DNA of 64,000 nucleotides from an uncultured Candidatus Peribacteria bacterium (GTDB lineage Bacteria; Patescibacteriota; Gracilibacteria; Peribacterales; Peribacteraceae): NCBI GenBank assembly GCA_964423795.1, contig CAYRGC010000004.1, positions 1,032 to 65,031 of the forward strand, read 5' to 3'. Shown piece by piece: positions 58,866 to 64,000 of this stretch (position 1 is its first letter; each line of letters starts with the position of its first letter). The notes under the pieces were generated by a model. It saw only the letters and a program-made list of their open reading frames with translations, ran no database searches and was not told where the DNA came from. The position numbers and the translations under genes were made by a program.

Positions 58866-59710
58866 GCCGGGCGGCGGAACTGCCGGATGCCGGCCTCGGC
58901 CTCGATGGATCCCCAGAGCGGCTCGCCGAGCATCGTCTCAATCTCCCGGATGCGGTCGACCATCTTCGTGAATTCCGCGGGACCGAGGCTGACGGGCTTG
59001 TCGGGGGCGTCGGCGTCGTTCTCCAGCATGAAGTGCTTCTCGATGATGTCGGCGCCGGCCGCGACGGCGATGGCCGACGCGTCGATGCCCGGCGAATGGT
59101 CGGAGTAACCGGCGGGGCAGCCGTAGCGCTCGGCCAGCGCGCGGACGGTGGAGAGGTGCAGATCGGACAGGCTCGGAACCGGGTACGCCGAAATGCAGTG
59201 CAGGAGCGCGAAGGGCGTCTTGGCCGCCTGGAGCGTTTTGACGGCTGCGTCGATCTCCTTTTGCTCGGCCATGCCGCGGGACAGGAGAACGGGCCTGCCC
59301 TTCGACGCGACCTCCTTGAGCAGCGGACCGTTCACGAGATCGAAGGACGCGATCTTGTAGCACGGCACCTGCATCTCCTCCAGGAACGCCACCGACTCGC
59401 CGTCGAACGGGGTGGAGAAGAGCAAGACGCCCTTCCGCTTCGCGTGGGCGAAGAGCTCGCGCTGGCCCTCGAACGGGATCTCGCACTGCTTGAGGATGCC
59501 GAAGATCGGCGAATCCCTCTTCGTGCGCTTCTCGGTGATGTAGGTCTGGATCTTCACCGCGTCGGCGCCGGCGGATGCCGCGGCGTCGATGAGCCGCTTC
59601 GCCTTCTCGACGTCGCCGTTGTGGTTGATGCCCACCTCCGCGATGAGGAAGGTCTTGCGGCCGGGGGCCCAGTGCGAAATGCGGAAATCCATGCGCGTCC
59701 AGCGTACCAA
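58862..59710 (-). CDS. NeuB-family nonulosonate/sialic-acid-type synthase, TIM-barrel only (no SAF domain)
   Basis: FLIAEVGINHNGD, ADAVKIQT, YKIASFD and GYSDHS motifs. At 282 aa the gene ends before where the SAF domain would be, and its stop overlaps the next ATG. Confidence 0.8.
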   Translation of the reverse strand: MVRWTRMDFRISHWAPGRKTFLIAEVGINHNGDVEKAKRLIDAAASAGADAVKIQTYITEKRTKRDSPIFGILKQCEIPFEGQRELFAHAKRKGVLLFSTPFDGESVAFLEEMQVPCYKIASFDLVNGPLLKEVASKGRPVLLSRGMAEQKEIDAAVKTLQAAKTPFALLHCISAYPVPSLSDLHLSTVRALAERYGCPAGYSDHSPGIDASAIAVAAGADIIEKHFMLENDADAPDKPVSLGPAEFTKMVDRIREIETMLGEPLWGSIEAEAGIRQFRRPA

Positions 59711-59740
59711 GTTCCCGGGCGTTCGGATACCCGGTAGCCC

Positions 59741-60520
59741 CTACAGGGAAGCCAACGCCCCGCGCAAACCGCCGATGGCGCGCAGGAGCCCCGGCGTCTC
59801 CCGGTAGTACTCGATCGTGCAGTAGCGGATCGGCAGTCCCCGGCGGATCAGCTCGATCGCCTCCGCGAACTCGACGCCGTCCGGGGCGATATGCGCGTCC
59901 TTCGCCATGCCTCCCGCCGGCACGTCGGGCTTGCACAGATGAAGCTGGACGGCTTTCGCGAGGGGCAGCGACGAGACGTAGGAGGCGTGGTCCAGTCCGC
60001 GGTTATGAGCCGTGATCCGGGCGTGCGCGGCATCGAAGAGGAAGGCGATGCCGTTCGCCTCGACGATCTCCGTGAGGAAATCCCCGTCCGTCACGACGTC
60101 GTACGCGGGGACGGGATAGTAGTTGTTGTTCTCGATCGCGACCGTGACGCCGGGCGGAAGGGCGGCCTTGAGCCACGCGACGTTCTCGGCCGCATTGCCG
60201 ATCAATGCATTTCGGGTAAGGACGTCTCCCGCGAGAGCGTACATGCCGTTTTCGACCGTGGCGCCGGTGCAGCAGCGTGACGAATGGAAGGACAGGACCG
60301 CCAGATCGGGCATCGACGCCGCGATCGAGCGCACGCCGGCGCGGACGGCGTCCGACCACGGCTGCGTCAGCTCGAGCTCGCTGTGGAACAGTTCTTCCCG
60401 GCCGTAGACGACGCCGACGGAATGGTCGCGCCGCTCCAGGCAATCGCTCGCGGCGGCGATCGCCTCGGCGTCTTCTGCCTTCGCGAAGAGCGTCGAGACC
60501 GGCGTGGCGACCTTGATCAT
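59741..60520 (-). CDS. DUF692-like (UPF0276 / MbnB-TglH family) TIM-barrel protein, divergent and short
   Basis: 259 aa from ATG 60520. VAIENNNYY..x..DFLTEIVEANGIAFLFDAAHARITAHNRGLDHASYVSSLPLAKAVQLHLC...DAHIAP...CTIEY parallels the DUF692 pattern ENvSsY..E.eFL......cgLLLDvNNvyVsa.NhG.D...YL..LP...V.q.HLAGH...iDtHd.P....IEWD. Confidence 0.6.
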   Translation of the reverse strand: MIKVATPVSTLFAKAEDAEAIAAASDCLERRDHSVGVVYGREELFHSELELTQPWSDAVRAGVRSIAASMPDLAVLSFHSSRCCTGATVENGMYALAGDVLTRNALIGNAAENVAWLKAALPPGVTVAIENNNYYPVPAYDVVTDGDFLTEIVEANGIAFLFDAAHARITAHNRGLDHASYVSSLPLAKAVQLHLCKPDVPAGGMAKDAHIAPDGVEFAEAIELIRRGLPIRYCTIEYYRETPGLLRAIGGLRGALASL

Positions 60521-61686
60521 TTCTTGAGGATGGAAACGACGGCGTCGATGACGCGCTGTTGCTGGGGCGCGCGGAGTCCGGGGCCGAGCGGCAGACTGAC
60601 CGTGCCGCGACCGATGGCCGTGGCGTGCGGGAAATCCTCCGGCTTCCAGCCGAAGCGCTTCTGATAGTACGGATGCTCGGGGATCGCGAGATAGTGCACG
60701 CCCGTCCCGATCTTGCGCTTCGTCATCTCTTCCAGGAAACGGTCGCGCGCGATGCCCGCCTTCGGTTCGTCCACGAGGATCGTGTAGAGGTGGTACGCGT
60801 GGCGCTCGCCGGGACCGATCGGGGCGGGCAACCCGATGGGCAGCCCCGCGAAGGCTTCGTCGTAGAGACCCCACTGCTTCCGGCGGGTGAGCCAGTTCTC
60901 CTCGACGCGCTTCAGCTGGTGGATGCCGAGCGACGCGTGCATGTCCGTGAGGTTGTATTTGAAACCGGCCTCGGTGACGTAGTAGTGCTTGTATCCGGCG
61001 TCGGAAAAGCGCGCCCAGGCGTCCTTGCTCATGCCGTGCAGGGCGAGGATCTTCACGCGGTCGATGTATTTCTGGTCGCGGCAGAGCACCATGCCTCCCT
61101 CGCCCGTGATCACGTTCTTCGTCACGTAGAAGCTGAGGGCGCCGAAATCGCCGAACGTGCCCGCCTTCTTCCCCTTCCACTCGGTCTCCATCGCGTGCGC
61201 GCAATCCTCGATGACGAGGAGTCCGTGCTTCTGCGCGAGGGCCGTCAGCCGGTCCATGTCGCACGGACGACCCGCGAAGTGCACGGGAAGCACGGCGCGC
61301 GTCCGGGGCGTGATCTTCCGCTCGACGTCGGAGACGTCGATGTTCATCGTCACGGGGTCGACGTCGGCGAGCACGGGCAGAGCACCCGCGTGGATGATGG
61401 CGTTCACGGTGGCGCAGAACGTCAGCGCGGTCGTGATGACCTCGTCGCCAGGCCGCAGATCCGCGGCGACCATGCTCAGGTGCAACGCCGCCGTGCACGA
61501 ATTGACCGCGGCGGCGTGGGGCGAACCCTTGTAGGCCTTCACGTCCTCCTCGAACCGGTGGACCTTCGGGCCGGTGCCGAGCCATCCGCTCTTGAGCGTG
61601 GCGACCATTTCGTCGATCTCCTCCTGCCGGATATCGGGAGCCCCGAAGACGATGAATTCCTCGGATGACGGTGCGGGCTGGGCCAT
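60517..61686 (-). CDS. DegT/DnrJ/EryC1/StrS-family sugar aminotransferase
   Basis: 389 aa with the typical N-terminus (I.FG.P.I..EEI.E....L.SGWL..GPKV..FE) and a PLP-Lys region (SFYVTKNVITGEGG). Confidence 0.9.
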   Translation of the reverse strand: MAQPAPSSEEFIVFGAPDIRQEEIDEMVATLKSGWLGTGPKVHRFEEDVKAYKGSPHAAAVNSCTAALHLSMVAADLRPGDEVITTALTFCATVNAIIHAGALPVLADVDPVTMNIDVSDVERKITPRTRAVLPVHFAGRPCDMDRLTALAQKHGLLVIEDCAHAMETEWKGKKAGTFGDFGALSFYVTKNVITGEGGMVLCRDQKYIDRVKILALHGMSKDAWARFSDAGYKHYYVTEAGFKYNLTDMHASLGIHQLKRVEENWLTRRKQWGLYDEAFAGLPIGLPAPIGPGERHAYHLYTILVDEPKAGIARDRFLEEMTKRKIGTGVHYLAIPEHPYYQKRFGWKPEDFPHATAIGRGTVSLPLGPGLRAPQQQRVIDAVVSILKK

Positions 61687-61886
61687 GCGGCAAGCATACT
61701 CTCGGGGCGTCGGGGGCGAGAAGTGCTTTTCCCGCGCGTAACGGCCTCTGGCATACTCTGGGCGTGGCTCCGGCTCCCGCCAAAAACGGCCTGAACGTGA
61801 TCCTGAAATCCTTCGACGGACACAAGTGCAAGGAAATCGTCGAGGCCTCGCTGCGGGGAGTGCGCATCGGCACGTGTATCTCCATC

Positions 61887-63224
61887 ATGGACCACACGGC
61901 GCAGATGCCCGCGCTCGACGCCGCGGAGCATTCCTGGATGCCGGCGGCGCCGCTGCGCGCCGGACAGTACCCGGGCGTGGAGTGGAACGACCTGCTGCCG
62001 CTCGACGAACCGCTGCTCGAGGCGCTGCGGGACTGCGAGGCCACCTTCCTCCGCATGGCGGAGCGATACGCCGTCGCGCGGGAGGAGCCCTACGCGGAAC
62101 GGAAGGCGAAGTATCTCCGTCACGTGCGCTACTGGAACCACGTGCTCGAGGCGAAGAAGATCGATCTCCTGCTGCTGAATCACGTTCCCCACCAAGGGTA
62201 CGATTACGTCCTCTACTGCCTGTGCAAGCTGAAGGGCATCCGGACGCTCAATATCGAGCGCTGCGTCGTCTTCAACGCCTTCTACCTGCCGGAAGACTGG
62301 AGGGATCCGGCGCCCGAGCTCATCGACGCGCAGAGGGAGATCGCCGCCGAGCATCCGCGGGACGTGCCGCTCGGACCGAAGTACGAGGAGTACTTCCGCG
62401 CGCAGACGGAACGCGACGAGGCGCCCTGGTTCATGAGCATGGTGAAGAAGAAGCCCGCCAAGCAGAGCTTCTTCGTCAAGTGGGGCATGCAGACCGTCCG
62501 CGGTCTCCTGAGGAAACCGGGACACGTCGCCTCCGCCCTCTTCTCCCCCGCCGTGTGGCACCGCAAGTGGCAGCAGCACACGGTCCCGAAGGAATACGAG
62601 AAGCACGTGAGGATGCCGGATCTGGATCGACCGTTCGTCTACGTTCCGCTCCATCTTCAACCCGAGGCGTCGACCTGCCCGCAGGCGGGACCGTTCACCG
62701 ACCAGGAACTCCTGGTGCAGTTGCTTTCGGCGTGTTTGCCGGAAGGGATCGCCCTCTACGTGAAGGAGCATCCCGCTCAGGGCGAGCGGAGCCGCACGCG
62801 GGAATTCTACGAGGCCATCGCCTCCACCCGCGGCGTGACGTGCGTGCCGCGCGCGTTCAGCACCTTCGAGCTCACGAACCGCGCGATCGCGGTCGCCACC
62901 GCCACGGGCACGGCGGGACTGGAGGCGCTCTTCCGCGGGAAGCCGGTGCTGATGTTCGGACACCGCTTCTTCCAGGAGGCCCCGGGCGTGCACCGCGTGC
63001 GAACGCTGGAGGATTGCAAGGGAGCGATCGCGGCGATCCTCGCGGGAAAGGGCACGCCGTCGAAGCGGGACATGCGCGTGTTTCTGAAGGCCGTGGAGCG
63101 GACGGCGGGGCAATCGTACGTGGCGCATCTGCCGGATCCCGTGCTCACGCAAGACGAACAGGCGGAAATCATGGGCGAGTTCATCCGTGGGAAGATTCTC
63201 GGTCAGGCCAAGGCCGCCCGGTAG
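61887..63224 (+). CDS. capsule polysaccharide biosynthesis (Capsule_synth, KpsS/KpsC-like) family protein
   Basis: The motif VYVPLHLQPEAST.P..G.F.DQ........LP.G..LYVKEHP is typical. The start is uncertain; GTG at about 61764 is possible. Confidence 0.6.
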   Translation: MDHTAQMPALDAAEHSWMPAAPLRAGQYPGVEWNDLLPLDEPLLEALRDCEATFLRMAERYAVAREEPYAERKAKYLRHVRYWNHVLEAKKIDLLLLNHVPHQGYDYVLYCLCKLKGIRTLNIERCVVFNAFYLPEDWRDPAPELIDAQREIAAEHPRDVPLGPKYEEYFRAQTERDEAPWFMSMVKKKPAKQSFFVKWGMQTVRGLLRKPGHVASALFSPAVWHRKWQQHTVPKEYEKHVRMPDLDRPFVYVPLHLQPEASTCPQAGPFTDQELLVQLLSACLPEGIALYVKEHPAQGERSRTREFYEAIASTRGVTCVPRAFSTFELTNRAIAVATATGTAGLEALFRGKPVLMFGHRFFQEAPGVHRVRTLEDCKGAIAAILAGKGTPSKRDMRVFLKAVERTAGQSYVAHLPDPVLTQDEQAEIMGEFIRGKILGQAKAAR

Positions 63225-64000
63225 AGGGCTTCCGTCTCCTCGGCCTGGCGGGCGACGGAGTGCTCGCGCGCCCATTGCCGGCATGCCTCGGGGTCGACGG
63301 ATCCGGAGAGGGCCTTGTGCATCGCGGCCGCGACGGCCTCCGGATCGCGCGGATTCACCAGGTAGCCGGACTTGCCGGGCGCGATCACGTCCGTGCAACC
63401 GGACCCGTCGGGACCGATCACCGGGACGCCGAACGCGTTGGCCTCCAGGAAGACGAGGCCGTACCCCTCGAAGTGCACGCCCTCCGCGATGCTGAGCATG
63501 AGGAAGAGATCGGCGTCGGCGTACGCCTGCAGGAGCTCCCGCGCGGACACGTGGCCCCGGAACGCCACCTCGCGCTCCAGCCCCAACGCGGAAACCCGCT
63601 CGCGAAGCGCGCCCGTGTACGCGTTGTCCGGAATGAACCCGATGATCTCGAGGAGAAACGGCACGTCCGACATCCGACGGAAGGCGCCGCAGGCTTCCAC
63701 GATCTCCCTCACGCCCTTGCGCTCCTTCACGCCGCCCACGAAGAGGAGCCGCTTCTCCGGATGCGCGGCGCGCGCTGGCTGGGTCGCCGGCCACTCGATG
63801 CCCAGGGTGTAGACGCTGGTCTTGGGCTCGAGCACCGGGCGCAGCGGACCCGAATCCTCCAGCACGCGCCGTTTCGTGTAGGAGCTGATGGCGAGCACGT
63901 GACGCGTGTCGCGGCAGGCCCTGCGCCACAAGCCGGCCCACGGGCGCGAGAAGAACGGCAGCACGGAGTACGTCCCGCAGGCGGTGAGCACCCACGGCCC
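63203..64000 (-). CDS. glycosyltransferase group 1 (GT4), N-terminus beyond window end
   Basis: The C-terminal GT1 motif is EGYGLVFLEANAFGVPVIG...G....I..G.SGYLV. The frame is still open at position 64000. Confidence 0.8.
   Translation of the reverse strand, partial: GPWVLTACGTYSVLPFFSRPWAGLWRRACRDTRHVLAISSYTKRRVLEDSGPLRPVLEPKTSVYTLGIEWPATQPARAAHPEKRLLFVGGVKERKGVREIVEACGAFRRMSDVPFLLEIIGFIPDNAYTGALRERVSALGLEREVAFRGHVSARELLQAYADADLFLMLSIAEGVHFEGYGLVFLEANAFGVPVIGPDGSGCTDVIAPGKSGYLVNPRDPEAVAAAMHKALSGSVDPEACRQWAREHSVARQAEETEALYRAALA

Overview
GC-rich (by eye about 60-65% G+C, not computed), gene-dense bacterial chromosomal segment. It uses the standard code with TGA as stop: an RF2 gene with its TGA-dependent +1 frameshift is present. 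I count about 60 protein genes and one tRNA-Ser, with no rRNA and no CRISPR. All functional calls come from motifs read in the supplied translations; no database search was possible.

1-38 kb holds housekeeping genes in short mixed operons: glnA fragment and amt, nth, a DnaQ-like exonuclease, def, gatB, efp, an ECF sigma/anti-sigma pair, guaA, gpmI, trmD, infC-rpmI-rplT, prfB, a PolX-type polymerase, and ahcY with a PfkB kinase. It also holds an anaerobic energy module (2-oxoacid:ferredoxin oxidoreductase alpha/beta, flavodoxin, ADP-forming acetyl-CoA synthetase) and scattered envelope genes (O-antigen-ligase-like, UDP-GlcNAc 2-epimerase, WecG/TagA, a DsbA-like lipoprotein).

38.4-64 kb is one large glycan-biosynthesis super-locus:
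- ugd and a UDP-glucuronate-4-epimerase-like gene
- a GT2-GtrA fusion, a small membrane protein and a GT-C transferase
- two Gmd paralogs and a C-methyltransferase
- a TviB-like dehydrogenase, a CE4 deacetylase and a SpsF-like cytidylyltransferase
- an operon of DegT aminotransferase, DUF692-like protein, NeuB-like synthase, WecD-like acetyltransferase and O-methyltransferase
- a capsule-synthesis-family protein and a GT4

Gene content is compatible with an uncultivated fermentative small-genome lineage (CPR/Patescibacteria-like), but taxonomy cannot be assigned from this sequence alone.

The most unusual content is non-genic:
1. Several families of long foldback palindromes are built from locus-specific 7-9 nt tandem repeats. 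They fill most intergenic spacers and also sit in-frame inside conserved enzymes (ugd, korA, an FAD oxidoreductase, guaA). One family (AGTCNNN) also forms terminal inverted repeats around a low-GC four-helix-bundle (23S-rRNA-IVS-protein family) gene.
2. At four loci a gene end (efp 5' end, tRNA-Ser 3' end, epimerase 3' end three times, FAD-oxidoreductase 3' end) is duplicated around a small GC-rich TGAGCG-type hairpin. The displaced copies differ mostly at synonymous positions.
3. A RayT-type (IS200-like Y1) transposase gene is flanked by its REP hairpins. A second REP-spacer-REP composite lies next to the tRNA.
4. A conserved palindrome brackets a patatin gene and shows a compensatory base-pair change.

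Several visibly lower-GC islets carry ORFans, including a 1-kb islet of four small same-strand ORFs.
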